In this document: one piece after another, positions 34,154 through 47,545 of the stretch
Position numbering within the stretch: position 1 is the stretch's first letter
Layout: the number at the start of each line of letters is the position of its first letter
DNA from: Antechinus flavipes
Taxonomy: Eukaryota
DNA: 64,000 nt
Assembly: GCF_016432865.1 (NCBI RefSeq)
Contig: NC_067403.1
Span: 248,062,001-248,126,000, forward strand
Direction of reading: 5' to 3'
Notes under the pieces: generated by a model
Databases searched by the model: none
What the model was told of the DNA's origin: nothing
Seen by the model: the letters and a program-made list of their open reading frames with translations, nothing else
Position numbers and translations under genes: made by a program

Positions 34154-37100
34154 TTTTTTCCTTTTTAAAAATTTCTTTATTTTTAACACATATTGCTTTA
34201 TGAATCATGTTGAGAGAGGAAAATTAGAGCAAAAAAAAAAACTGAGAGAGAAACAACAACAACAACAACAACAACAAAAACAGAAAAAGAAGTTAACACA
34301 GCATGTTTTGATTTATATTCTACAGTTCTCTATAGTTATTTTTCTGGATGTAGATGGTATTTTCTGTCCAAAATCTTTGCATTGCTTTGGATCACTAAAA
34401 CAACTACTGAGAAGAACCAAATCTTTCATAGTTGATCATCGCACATTCTTGCTGTTATTGTGTATAATGTATTCTGGTTCTGTTTGTTTCACTCAGCACC
34501 AGTTCATGTAAATCTTTCCAGGTCTTTCTAAAATAAGCTTGCTCATCATTTTCACATAATAACAATATTCCATTATCTTCATATACCACAGATTATTCAA
34601 CCATTACCCAATTGATGTACATCTGCTCATTTTCCATTTCTTTCCTACTACAAAAAGAGCTGCTACAAACATTTTTGCACAAGTGGGTCCTTCCCCTTTT
34701 TTATGATTTCCTTGGGATACAGACCCAGTAGTGGCACTTCTGGGTCAAAGGGTACGCACAGTTTTATAGTCCTTTGGATATAGTTCCAAATTGTTCTTCA
34801 GAACAGTTGGATCATTTCACAACTCCATTAACAATGCATTAGTGTCCCAGTTTTCCCACATCCCCTCCATCATTTATCATTATATTTTCCTGTCCTCTTA
34901 GCCAATGAGAGAGATGTGAGGTGGTAACTCAAACTCAAAAAATGAATTTGCATTTTTCTAATCAATAATGATTTAGAATATTTTTTCATATGACTATAGA
35001 TGGCTTTAATTTTGTCATCTGAAAATTGTCTGTACATATCCTTTGACCAATTATCAATTGGGGAATGACTTATAAAGAACTGTGTCAAATTTATGAGAAT
35101 ACATGTTTTAGAAATGAAATCTTTATCAGAAATGCTAGCTGTAGAGATTTTCCCCTCAGTTTTGTACTTCTTTTAATCTTGTTTCTGTTGATTTTATTTG
35201 TGCAAAACCTTTTAAATTAAATGTAATAAAAGTTGTGATTTTATCTTTCATAATGCACTCTAGTTCTTTAATCATAAATTCTTCCCTTCTCCAAAGATCT
35301 GATAGGTAAATTGCTCCTTGCTCTCCTAGTTTGTTTATGGTATCATCCTTTATGCCCAAACCATGTACCCATTTTGACCTTATTTTGGTATGGGGTGAGA
35401 GATATAGGTCTATGTCAAATTTCTGACATAACTTTCCCAGTTTTTCAATCAATGTTTGCTAACTAGTGAAATCATATTCCAGAAGCTGGGATTTGGGTAT
35501 TTATTTAATACTAGATTACTATAGGCCTTGATTACTGTGTTGTTTGTATTTAACCTATTCCACTGATTCACTATGCTGTTTCTTAGCCAATACCAAATGG
35601 TTTTGATGACTGCTGTTTTATAATAGTTTTAATTTTGGTAGTGCTAAGCCAATCTAACTATGTAACTATGTTCATGTAGTTCTTGAGTTTTACTTAGCAG
35701 ATAGACACCCAAATATTTTATTTTGTCTATAATTATTTGAAATGGAATTTCTCTTTCTGATGGGCTTTGTTAGTAATACATAGAAATATATGGAAAAGCT
35801 GATGATTGTGTAGGTTTATTTTATATCCTGTAACTTTGCTAAAACTGTCAATTGTTTCAAGTAGGTTTTTGGATGATTTTCTAGGATCTCTAAGTATATC
35901 ATGATATATTTTTCTTATCTTATTGCTAAAGCCAAAATTTCTAGTTCAGTGCTGAATAATTTCTAGTTCAGTGATAATAATGGGCATCCTTGTTCCACCT
36001 CTGATTTTATTGGGAATGTGTTTAGTTTCTCTCCATTATAAATAATGCTTGCTCTTGGTTTTAGATAGATACCTCTTATTATTTTAGGGAAAAACGTCTT
36101 TTATCCCTATGCTCTTTATTGTTTTTAATAGGAATGGGTGTTGTATTTTTTCAAAGGCTTTTTGTGCAACTATTGAGATTGTCATATAATTTCTATTGGT
36201 TTTGTTATGGATATGGTTGATTATGGTGATAGTTTTCCTGATATTGAACCAGCCCTGCATTTCTAGTATGAATTCCATTTGGTCATATATATTGTTCTAC
36301 TGATAAATTGCTGTAATCTCTTTGCTAATATTTTATTCAAAGTTTTTGCATCAATATTTATCAGGGAGATTGGTCTATAATTTTCTTTATTTTGGCTCTT
36401 CCTGGTTTAAGTATCATTACCATAGCTATATCATAGAAGGGATTTGATAGGATTTCCTTTACCTGTTTTTCCAAATAGTTCACATTTTTCTGTAAATGTT
36501 TGGAATTAATTGTTCTTTACATGTTTGAAATAATTCACTTGTGAATCCCTCTGGCCCTAGAGATTTTTTAGGAGTTCATTAATAGCTTATTCAATGTCTT
36601 TTTCTAAAATGGTACTATTCAAGTAATTTATTTTCTTTTCTGTTAATCCTGGCAATGTATACTTTTGTAAATTTTCATTTACTTTGGTTAGATTGTTGGA
36701 TTTGCTGCCATACAGTTGGGCAAAATAGCTTCTAAACATTGCTTAATTTCTTTTTCATTGGTGGCAAATTCATCCTATTCATTTTTGATGCTGGTAACTT
36801 GTTTTTTTTTTTTTCTAACCAAATTAACCAAAATTTTATCTATTTTTTTTCATAAAAGGAACTCTTAGTTTTATTAATTCCCTTAATAGCTTTCTTAGTT
36901 TCAATTTTATTAATCTATCCTTTGAGTTTCAGAATTTCTAATTTGGGATTTTTAATTTGTTCTTTTTCTAGCTTTTTTATTTGCATGCCCAATTCATTGA
37001 ACTCCTCTTTCTCTATTTTATTCATGTATCTATATAGACACATAAAATTTCCCTCAAGAACTGCTTTAAATACATTCCATAGATTTGGGTATGTTGTCTC

Positions 37101-37177
37101 ATTATTGTCATCCTCTTGGATGAAATTATGAAATCTTTCAGTGATTTATTGTTTGACCCACTCATTTTTTTTAGAAA
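34154..37177 (-). mobile_element. 5'-truncated L1 (about 3.0 kb, ORF2 plus 3' UTR) with TSD
   Basis: Poly-T tail at about 34151-34185; ORF2 remnants in the ORF track (e.g. [13 protein letters not shown]); TSD tattgctcatt at 34143-34153 and 37178-37188. Confidence 0.9.
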
Positions 37178-38335
37178 TATTGCTCATTCTTGAGGCCAAA
37201 AATGCAAAGACCCACAGATTTTTATACCTATATTTGAAATCCAGCTCCAAAAGATATGAGTTATGGGACCGATTTATCTAAATTTCAGTTTTCTCAATAG
37301 CTTAGTTCTTATGAACTGAACAAAATCCAATTCATCATTTATTAAGTGTCTATTCTGCCCTAGTCGATATTTTAGGCTCTGTAAATACAAATAATAAAAG
37401 TAGAAATGGTCTCCTCCAGACGTTAGTTTCCTGGGATTATAAGAGAACATATACACAGATAAGCATGATGAAAAACACAGGGCAGCAAAATAGATCCATG
37501 TAAACAATTTAAGGGGAATATGAGGAAGGAGAAAATTTGAGGGAATGAAGGATGAGTCTTTGTGGAAGTGTGAAATGGAATTTCAATCCTAAAGAAAAGG
37601 AAGACTTCAACTTTAGGTGATAAGGAGGATGAAATGTATTTTAGGGACAGGGAATATTTTGTAGGAAGTGTCAGAATCAGCAAAGGATAGGACATGGCCA
37701 GGCATTAGACCCTTTTGTCTGGAATATCCTAAAATAAAGTTATTTTAAAATAGATACAATTATATAGAAAGCTCAGAGAAAGACTACATTGAAAGGAGCA
37801 AGACATCATTAATTTTCCAGTGTTCTGCACCAAGCCTAGCCCTCGTGAATTGTGGTGAAGAGGGGAACATGACATGAAAGATTAATAGCACTTACCAGTT
37901 TCAGCAATTTGAGGAAGCAGACATCTAGGAATACATTTGTAAGCTAATTAGGTATTGTAAAAATTATTGAATGAATTTCTGGTTACTAGTCAAATGAGTA
38001 CTTAACTGAGGAGTTCATAGGAATAGGCAAAGGAGAGGGAAGTTCAAAGATGACATGATCTTACAAAGATATTTCATTATTTTCTGCGACAAGCCAAGAA
38101 ATGAATATGTTCTTATTCATCTTATTGAAGTGATACAGAGAGACTTATTAAGTATGACAAAAACATTGAAAGGAGGATGAAATATTTGGCAGTATTGAAA
38201 ATAAAACTGCTAAAATGAGGTCCTGTGAAAGTCTGAAAAACTCTATAATTCTTATAGGCAGGAAATGGGCTCATTCTTTATAATATTCTTACTTGTCATT
38301 GTATTGGTGACACTGAGGATAACTGGCGGTTAAGA

Positions 38336-39313
38336 CTAGCTGGAATGAGATACATGTTGTCCAGTAGGGAGAAGTAAAGATGTGATGCCCAAGAATGAAG
38401 ATCTAAAGCTTTTCCTGAAAGCATTCTTGACTTCCTTGTTCCTCAAGCTGTAGACCAGTGGGTTCAGCATTGGAATAACCATAGTATAAAACACAGAAGC
38501 CAATTTGTCTATATCCATGGAGTGACTAGAGCTTGGTTGCAGGTACATGAAAGTGATTGTCCCATAGAATATGGACACTGCTATGAGATGGGAAGCACAG
38601 GTAGAGAAAGCTTTCTTCCGGCCCTCAGCAGAACGGATTCTCAGAATGGCAGCAAGGACAAAGAGATAAGATGTGAAGATGACCATGAGGGCAAAAGAGA
38701 TATTGAATCCCCCTAATATAAAGAGCACCCACTCATTAATGTGGATATCAGAGCAAGAAAGAGCCAGGAGAGGGGGAATATCACAAAAAAAGTGATGAAC
38801 TATATTGGAACTACAGAAGGAGAGGCTAAAAGTATCTCCTACACTCACAGAGGAAGTCAAAAAGCCACAGATGTAGGAACCAACAGCTAACCGTGTACAT
38901 ACTCCTGATGTCATTGTCATAGTATAATAAAGAGGCTTACACACAGCCACATGACGATCATAGGCCATGGAAGCTAGGAAGAAACTTTCAACAGTAGTGA
39001 ATGTTGCAAAAAAGAACAATTGTGTAGCACATCCATTGTAGGAGATGACCTTATCCCCTGTGAGGAGTCCAGCCATCACCTTGGGAGTAACAGCTGAGGA
39101 GTAGCCAAAATCCACCAGAGAGAGGTTACTGAGAAAGAAGTACATGGGGCTGTGGAGACGGGAGTCCCAAAAGATCAGGGCTACCATTCCCAGGTTTCCC
39201 ACCAATGTGATGATATAGATTAGGGTGAATATTATAAAAAGGGGAATCTGAAGCTCTGGGGTATCTGTTAGTCCTAGAAAAATGAATTCATTAATCTCTG
39301 AGCCATTCTCCAT
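38336..39313 (-). CDS. OR5B: Olfactory receptor, OR5B subfamily, intact 7TM with altered C-terminal tail (OR-4, 325 aa)
   Basis: Full ORF: NGS site, [53 protein letters not shown]. Confidence 0.93.
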   Translation of the reverse strand: MENGSEINEFIFLGLTDTPELQIPLFIIFTLIYIITLVGNLGMVALIFWDSRLHSPMYFFLSNLSLVDFGYSSAVTPKVMAGLLTGDKVISYNGCATQLFFFATFTTVESFFLASMAYDRHVAVCKPLYYTMTMTSGVCTRLAVGSYICGFLTSSVSVGDTFSLSFCSSNIVHHFFCDIPPLLALSCSDIHINEWVLFILGGFNISFALMVIFTSYLFVLAAILRIRSAEGRKKAFSTCASHLIAVSIFYGTITFMYLQPSSSHSMDIDKLASVFYTMVIPMLNPLVYSLRNKEVKNAFRKSFRSSFLGITSLLLPTGQHVSHSS

Positions 39314-40244
39314 AGATACTACTGGGAAGTTAGATTATTTACCTGTAACAAGAAAGAAAATAAAAGAAGAATGAATTCAGACATCAAAATGACTCTGAGT
39401 CAGAAAATATCACCCCAAATGTAGATATCTGTTGTGAATGGTGGAGATACATGTGTGAGGGAAGAGAAGGACCTAAATGATTTTCATGGAAAAATTGAAC
39501 TATTAATGACTGAGTTTGGGTATCTGTCGGTTTAAGTACTGCTGAAGTCACCTAATTGTGTTATAATCTAGCAAAATGCTCTATGTCTTTCCAACATAAT
39601 ATTATGAGAAACTTTATCAAATAAATTCTAGGTAGATTATTAGCAGTATTCCCCTGAACAATAACAGCCAGCATTTATATAGCACTTTGAGATGTCCAGG
39701 CACTTTATATGTTTTTCCCATGTTTTCTTGTATGTAGATTGTTTACATAGTTTTGTTTGCTTCTTGTTTTGCTATTAGATGTCGAGGTCTTTGAAAATAG
39801 GCCCTGTCTTTTGCCTCTTTTTGTATCCTCAGCACTTAGCAAATTTCCTAGAACATAGTAGGAACTTTATGAATTGTTTGTTGAGTGATTCTGCAGATAA
39901 CAATGGTAGGAGGTAGGCACTATTATTATCTTGATCTTTCAGATGAAGATACCAAGTGTGAGAAATTGCCACGCCCAGAGTCACACAGTTAGTAAAAATC
40001 TGAAGCAGGATCTAAATGCAGGTTTTCCTGAATCCAAGGCCATTGCTGTACTAGTATGTTTCTGAGTTACCTAGTTACAATGTATGATCATAGAAGAAAA
40101 ATTGTGCTCTGGGTAAAGTAAAATAAAATAAAATCATGACTGGAAGATAGAGGCAGTATTTTGTAGTACATAGGGCAATGGAATTAGAATCAGAAAGAAT
40201 TAGGCTTGAAGTCTACCAAAACTATTCTGTGGCCAATTCTTTTA

Positions 40245-40390
40245 TTTTTGGGGGGTTGGGTAGAAAGAATTGGGGTTAAGTGACTGTCCAGGGTCACACA
40301 GCTAATGGTAAGTGTTTGAGGCTATATTTGATCTCAGGGTTTCCTGACTCCATAACCAGTCCTCTATCTAACTATGTCACCCAGTTGCCC
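40245..40390 (-). mobile_element. WSINE1-type SINE in the OR-4 intron
   Basis: aattggggttaagtgactgtccagggtcacacagcta...ttcctgactcc...cacccagttgccc. Confidence 0.8.
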
Positions 40391-40851
40391 TTTTCCTAAG
40401 TAATTCTAATCCCTTCTCTGAGTCTATGTGATCTTGTCTGTTAAATGGGAATGCACACATACCTATAGAGTATTCCTCCTGTAATTATCTTTAGATGCCA
40501 ATGAGTTATTGGATGTATTGCAAGCTGTGAAAATTTATATAACTGAGTTGCTACAAGGAACCACATATATTCCAATTATTGTATCTTCCTCAGTATTTTA
40601 CAGCATTATCACTGCAGAGTATGTGCTTAGAGTTTGCTGATTTATTAATATTTTATTAGCATTAGGGTTTTGCCTTGATTCCCTTCAAAATAATGTCTCA
40701 AGGCTTAATCTCTTGAATCACTGTGAGGGAATCATCTTTAAAAGCTGCAAGCAAAATAGAGAATATTAATTTGTGTATATAAAGAGAATATTAATTTATG
40801 TGCATTTAGCACTTCAAGGTTTGCAAAGCAATTTTCTACTCATTAACTCTT

Positions 40852-41002
40852 TTTTTCATAATTACAACTTTTTATTGACAGAACCCATGCCTGGGTAATT
40901 TTTTACAGTATTATCCCTTGCATTCACTTCTGTTTCAACTTTTCCCCTCCATCCCTCCACACCCTCCCCGAGATGGCAAGTAGTCCTATACATGTTAAAT
41001 CA
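40852..41002 (-). mobile_element. Young L1 3' tip (151 bp) with 11-bp TSD
   Basis: TSD cattaactctt at 40841-40851 and 41003-41013; sequence is the reverse complement type of the young L1 end at 52430-52595. Confidence 0.85.
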
Positions 41003-41604
41003 CATTAACTCTTATAAGTCTCAAAACAACCCTCTAAATTGAATATCCTTGGTGTTGTTAGACTCATTGATGGCAGAAAATGAGGCTCAGAGATTTAAGT
41101 GTCTTGAAATGATCTCAAAGGAACAAATATCAAAGACAGAATTTAAATCAAAGTCATTGTGACTACAAGTCTAGAATGTTATTCTCTATTCCAAGTCTCC
41201 TTCCAAATAAACTATCAAGTCTTGAATTAAATGTCCCAGAACTTACCTGGCATGTAGAGAAATATGGATTTGATTCTAAGAGGAGAGATGGTCAAAAACT
41301 TCACAAATGGATCTTGGAGTTTTCGTCCCAAGCTCAGGAAAAAGGCAAACCTACTAGAAAAAAAAATGTTTTCCTAGTCCTTGGTCTTCAAATGTTCTTA
41401 GATCTGAAGGGACCACATCTGATCTATATGAATGATAGTGGAGTTGTGATTTTGTCTCTAGCTCAGGGATGAATAATATTAGAAATTAATAGAGAACAAA
41501 TGAATGATTTAGAGACTCAGGTGATGCTGACCCATAAAGTGGTAGAGCAATGTTCCTTATTTATGAAACATCAATGTTAATAGAGGAAGACAAGGATCAG
41601 AAAG

Positions 41605-41775
41605 TCACTTTATACAGATTTGGGAGCCTTTCAGCTTTTAGGAGATGGTTCCCCCTCAGAGACACTTGGCAGCTCTATTACCAATTTGTGGGAAAAAACA
41701 ACAAGAAGTCATTAAATTCTGCTCTGATCATGGAGGACACACTTTGATTTTCCAGGGAGACCATTTTCTCATGGG
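41605..41775 (-). promoter_or_regulatory. Candidate promoter module of OR-4
   Basis: ctttatacag at about 41610 (TATAAAG on minus), ccccctcagag 41651-41661, cattaa 41710-41715, ttccagggag at about 41750. Confidence 0.7.
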
Positions 41776-42145
41776 TGTTTTGTCATTCTTAGTTTGTTGC
41801 TGGCAAAGTGAGGTAAAGAAAAAACTATGGACAATGGGATACTAAAACTGGGATTATTATTCTACTTCTACCACATCCCACATATATGACCCTGCAAAAG
41901 TCATGATCCATCTTCAAGTCTTAGTATATTCATCATTAAAATGGGAATAATTACCTCTGTTCTGTTTACATTGAAGAGGTTGTGATGTAGCTCAAATGTG
42001 ATATTACTCATGAAAGCCAACATAGGGTAGAGAAAAAAGCATTGGATTTGGAGTTAGAGGATGTGGGCTGGAGTTTTAGCTCACTGTGAAACTTTAGGCA
42101 AGTTCCTTACCATCTCTGAGTTTTGTGTTCCTCAACAGTAAAATA

Positions 42146-42296
42146 GGGGCCACCTAGGTGGTGCAATGAATAGAGCATCAGTCCTGAAGTCCAGAGGACC
42201 TCAGTTCAAATCTGATCTCAGACACTTAACCCTTCTTAGCTTTGTGACCCTGGGCAAATCACTTGACCCCAATTGCCTCAGGGGAGAAAAAAAAAA
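42146..42296 (+). mobile_element. WSINE1-type SINE
   Basis: ggggccacctaggtggtgcaatgaatagagc...cctgaagtccagaggacctcagttcaaatc...ccccaattgcctcag plus A tail. Confidence 0.85.
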
Positions 42297-42547
42297 CCCA
42301 GTAAAATGGACAAACATATATGCATGTTTTAGCTTTTAGGATTATTGTGAGGATAGGATTTTGTATTGTGAGGAAAATGTTTTTTTTCAATTACAGAATG
42401 TTTGTATTATTCTCATGGATATCACCACAATCATGTTTCAGTCAACACTTTGCTCCTAATTTAACTATGGCCCCAATCTTCACCCAGATCCATCAGATCC
42501 ACAATCTTTTGGAGCTCTGGTCCTCAAGGACATATGTCCTTAAGCTC

Positions 42548-45500
42548 TTTAAAAATTATTTAATTTTAATACACATTGTTTTATGTCATGTTGAGATAGG
42601 AAAAATCAGAGCAAAGGGAAAAATCATGGAGAGATTGGGGAAAAAAACAAACAAAAAAAAGAAGTGAACATAGCATGTGTTTATTTATATTCAGTCTCCA
42701 TAGTTCTTTTTCTGGATGCAGATGGCATTTTCTGTCCAAAATCTATTGGGGTTGTAAAAAAGAATTGCATCACTGACGCACTGAGAAGAACCAAGTCTTG
42801 CATAGTTGATCATCACAAATTCTTGCTGTTATTATGTACAATGTATTCCTCGTTCTGATTGTTTAGCTCAGCATCAGTTTGTATAAATCCAGATCTTTCT
42901 AAAATCATTTTTTTAACTCAACATTCTAGCTTGCTGAAAAATTTTTGGATCTTGAATTGATCATCCAATGTGTGAGTTATTCATCCTAACTTTAAATTAA
43001 AATCATGCAACAGTAATATTCCATTATCTTCACATACCACAACTTTTTCAACCATTCTCTAATTGATGGGCCTCTACCTTTTTCGAATTCTTTTCTACCA
43101 CAAAAAGAGCTGCTACATTATTATACTTATATGTCATTTTCTTTCCTTTATGATTTCCTTGGGATTTAGACCCAGTAGTGGCACTTCTGGGTCAAAGAGT
43201 ATGCACAGTTTTATAGCCCTTTGAACATAGTTCCTAATTCCTCTCCAAAATAGTTAGATCATTTCACAACTCCATCAACAATGTATTAGTGTCCCAGTTT
43301 TCCCACATTCTGTCCAACATTTATCATTATCTTAGCCAATGAGAGGGATGTGAGTTGGTACCTTGCATTTATTAAATCAATAGTGATTTAGAACATTTTT
43401 TTATATGACTTTAGATGGATTTAATTTTGTCATCTGAAAATTGTCTGTTCATATCTTTTGACCATTTATCAATTGTGGAAGGACTTGTATTCTTATAAAT
43501 TTGACATAGGTTTTTTATGTTTTAGAAATGAGACCTTTATCAGAAACACTAGCTGTATAGATTTTTTCTTAGCTTTGTATTTTCCTTTTAATCTTGTTTC
43601 TATTGGTTTTATTTATGCAAACCCTTTTTAATTTAATATAATAAAAGTTACCCATCTTGCCTTTTATAATGTTTTCTAGTTTTTTTTTTTTTAGTCATAA
43701 TTCTTCCCTTCTCCAAAGATCTGATAGATAAATTACCTCTTACTCTCCTAGTTTGTTTATGGTATCATCCTTTATGCCCAAGTCATGTACCCATTTGGAC
43801 CTTATTTTTGTATGGGATATGAGATGTGGTCCATGCCAAGTTTCTGGCATATAACTTTCCAGTTTTCCCAGCAAATTTTGTCAGATAGTGAATTCATATT
43901 CCAGAAGCTAGAATTATTTTTTGGGGGGTTATCAAACACTATAAGCCTGATTGTTGTGTTGTTTGTTATCTAACCTATTCCATTGATTTACCACATTGTT
44001 TCTTAGCCAGTACAAAATGGTTTTGTTGATGACTATTGCTTTAACCAAATGATTTTGATGACTGCTGTTTTATAATCGTTTTAGTTTTGCTACTGCTAAG
44101 CCAACCTAAGCCAATCTCTTTTGTATTTTTTTTTTGTTAATTCCCTTGATATTCTTGTCCTTTTGTTCTTTCAAATGAATTTTCTAGTTATATAAAATAA
44201 TTTTTGGCAATTTGATTGGAATGGAGCTGAACAAGGAGATCAATTTAGACAGAATTTCTATTATTATTATATTATTTCAGCCTACCTATGAACAATTAAT
44301 AATTTTCCAGCTATTTACGTCTGACTTTATTTGTGTGAGAAATGTTTTGTACATGTTCATGTAGTTCTTGAGTTTGTCTTAGCAGATAAACACCTAAATT
44401 TTGTCTACACTTATTTTAAATGAAATTTCTCTTTCTGATGGGCTATATCAGCAATACATAGAAATATACAGAACAGCTGATGATTAGTGTGGTTTATTTT
44501 ATATCCTGTAACTTTGCTAAAACTGTCAATTATTTCACACAAGTTTTTGGATGATTTTCTAGGATTCTCTAACTATATCATCATATATTTTTATTTTCTT
44601 ATTGCTAAAGCCAAAATTTCTAGTTCAGTGTTGAATAATAGTGATAATAGTGGGCATCCTTGTTTCACCTCTGATTTTATTGGGAATGTGTCTAGCTTCT
44701 CTACATTATAAATCATGCTTGCTGTTGGTTTTAGATAGATACTTCTTATTATTTTAAGAAAATCTCCTTTTATCCCTATGCTCTCTATTGTTTTTAATAG
44801 GAATGGGTATTATATTTTGTCAAAGGCTTTTTCTGCAACTATTGAGGTTGTCAAATAATTTCTGTTTGTTTTGTTATGAATATGGTTGATTGTGGTGATA
44901 GTTTTCCTGATATTCAACCAGCCTTACATTTCTAGTATAAATTCCACTTGGTAATATATAGTATCCTGCTGATAAATTGCTGTAATCTCTTTGCTAATAG
45001 TTTATTTAAAGTTTTTGCATCAATATTCATCAGGGCAATTGGTCTATATTTTCTTTGTTTTGGCTCTTCCTGGTTTAGCTATCATTACCATACTGATGTC
45101 ACAGGACGAATTTGGCAGGACTCCTCCTTTACCTGTTTATTTTTTCCCCAAATAATTTACTTATTATTGGAATTAATTGTTCTTTAAATGTTTGGTAGAA
45201 TTCACTTGTGAATCCATTTGGCCCTGGAGATTTTTTCTTAGGGAGTTAATTAACAGCTTATTCAATGTCTTTTTCTAAAATGGGACTATTCAAATAACTT
45301 ATTTCCTCTTCTGTTAATCTGGGCAATTTATACTTTTATAAATATTCATCTATTTGGTTAGATTGCAGGATTTGGTGCCACACAATTGAGCAAAATAGCT
45401 TCTAAATATTGCTTTAATTTCTTTTTCATTGGTGGTAATTTCACACTTTTCATTTTTTATGCTGGTGATTTCTCCCCCTTTTTCTAAACCAAATTAATCA

Positions 45501-45786
45501 AAGATTTATCTATTTTTGCTATTTTTTAAACCAACTTTGCTTTATTACTTCGATAGTTTTCTTAATTTCAGTTTTATTAATCTCTCCTTTGAGTTTTAGA
45601 GTTTCTAATTTGGGGTTTTTAATTTGTTCTTTTTCTAGCTTTTTTAATTGCATGCCCAATTCATTGATCCCTTTTTTCTTTATTTTACTCATGTTATCTA
45701 TTTAGAGATACAAAATTTCCCCTGAGGACTGATTTGGCTCTATTTCATGGGTTTTGTTATGTTGTATCATTATTGTCATTCTCTTG
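42548..45786 (-). mobile_element. 5'-truncated L1, duplicated copy of 34154-37177
   Basis: Colinear with 34154-37130, sharing unusual internal features (e.g. tctttctgatgggct, atacatagaaatat..gaa.agctgatgatt). Confidence 0.88.
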
Positions 45787-46390
45787 TGTTGCTGGCTTCT
45801 GGGATCTAATTCTGACCAGCAGAATATATTGTATCATGTGAGAGGATGCAAATGATACAAGGAGATAACAGGCAACAGTTTGTCAGTGAACATCTCTAGT
45901 TTATTCCCCTGCCCTATGCAGAATATATATGTTTTTAAGGCACAACAAGGTTATTATCTATTAATGAAAAGCACTCATTCTTTCCCAAGCAACACCTGCT
46001 TTTTGTAACTCTGTTTTATGATCTTCAGACATTTATTTCTGATTGTCAGGGTCATGTTGATTCTAACATGACTACTAGCTCAACTTAAAAATAAGAATTG
46101 TAGAGACTGATTTGCAATTACTCCCTTAACTCTTAAAGTGTGTAGAGCTGTAGGGCTGTGCGACCAGATTACTCCCTTAACTCTCAAAGGGCAAAGTATC
46201 CTATAATATACAGCTACAAGGCAAAATGTGCTATAATACATAGCTGCAGGGCAAAGTGTGCTGTAATACACAGCTGCAGGGCAGTGAGAACAGATTATCC
46301 CCGTAACTCTCAAAGTGTGTTATAATACACAGTGGCAGGGTTTATGTACAAATCCCTATTTAACCCTTTACAGACTCTTTAAGTTTCACA
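45785..46390 (-). mobile_element. Solo LTR (about 605 bp) with internal 30-bp tandem repeats
   Basis: TGTG...CACA ends, AATAAA on minus at 45900-45905 with TATATAT about 25 nt upstream, repeats of gggcaaagtgtgctataatacacagctgca at about 46189-46340; no clean TSD. Confidence 0.75.
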
Positions 46391-47545
46391 CTCAAGAATG
46401 AGCAATATTGAGACTCAAGTGGAAATACCAAAAGATCTGTATGCCAAAGATTTGCATTCAAACTCCAGCTTCAAAAGATATGAGTTATAGCACCAATTCA
46501 TTTAAATTTCAGTTTTCTCAATTTCTCACTTCTTATGAATTGACCAGAGTCCACTTCATCACTTATTAACTGTTTGTTATGCCTTAGTCGATGTTCTAGG
46601 CTCTGTAAATACAAAGAATAAAAATAAAAGAGATCTCTTCCAGACATTAGTTTCCTGAGATTATAAGAAAACATATACACAAATAAGCATGATACAAAAT
46701 TCAGATGGCAAAAGAGATTCATGCAAACAATTGAAGGGGAATATGAGGAGGAAGAAAAATTGAGGGAATGAAGGATGAGTCTTTGTGGAGGTATGAAATG
46801 AAATCTCAATCCTAAAGAAAGAGAAGACTTCAACTTTGTATGATAAGGAGGATGAAATGTATTTTAGGGACAGGGAATATTTTATAGGAAATATCAGAAT
46901 CATCAGAGGATAGGACAAGGCTAGGCATTAGACCATTTTGCCTAGAACATCCTAAATTAGAATTATTTCAAAGTAGATATAACTGTATAGAAAGCTCAGA
47001 GAAAGACTAGTTTGAAAGAAGTAAGACAAAAGTCACTAATCTTCCAATGTTCTGCAACCAGCCTAGCTCTCATGAATTGTAGTAAATAGGGGAGCATGGT
47101 ATGAAAGATTAATAGCACTTACCAGTTTCACCCATTTGAGGAAGCAGACATTTAGGAATACATTTATAAGCCAGTTAGATATTGTAAAAAAATATAGAAT
47201 GAGTTTCTATATCACTATTCAAATGAATGTTTAACTGAGAAGTTCACAGGATTATGCAAAGGAGAGGAAGTTAAAGAAGAGATGATCTTACAAAAATATT
47301 TTATTATTTTCTGTGGCAAGGCAAGAAATGAAAATGTTTTTACTCATTTTATTGAAGTAGTACAGAGGGTCTTATAAAGCATGACAAAAACAATGAATGG
47401 AGGATCATTTATTTGGCATTCTTGAAAATAGAGCTTTTGCTAAAATGAGTTTCACTTAAAGTCTGAAAAGCTGGCTATAATTCTTATAGACAGGAAATGG
47501 GCTCATTTTTTATAATATTCTTACTTGTTATTGTATTAGGTGACC

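Noticed and set aside
34870-37131. ORFs with RT/endonuclease-like peptides (also 32312-32497, 44487-45187)
   Set aside because: Fragmented L1 ORF2 remnants with many stops and frameshifts; not a functional gene.
46110-46345. Regular 30-bp repeats as a possible CRISPR-like array
   Set aside because: No unique spacers, vertebrate context, and located inside an LTR.
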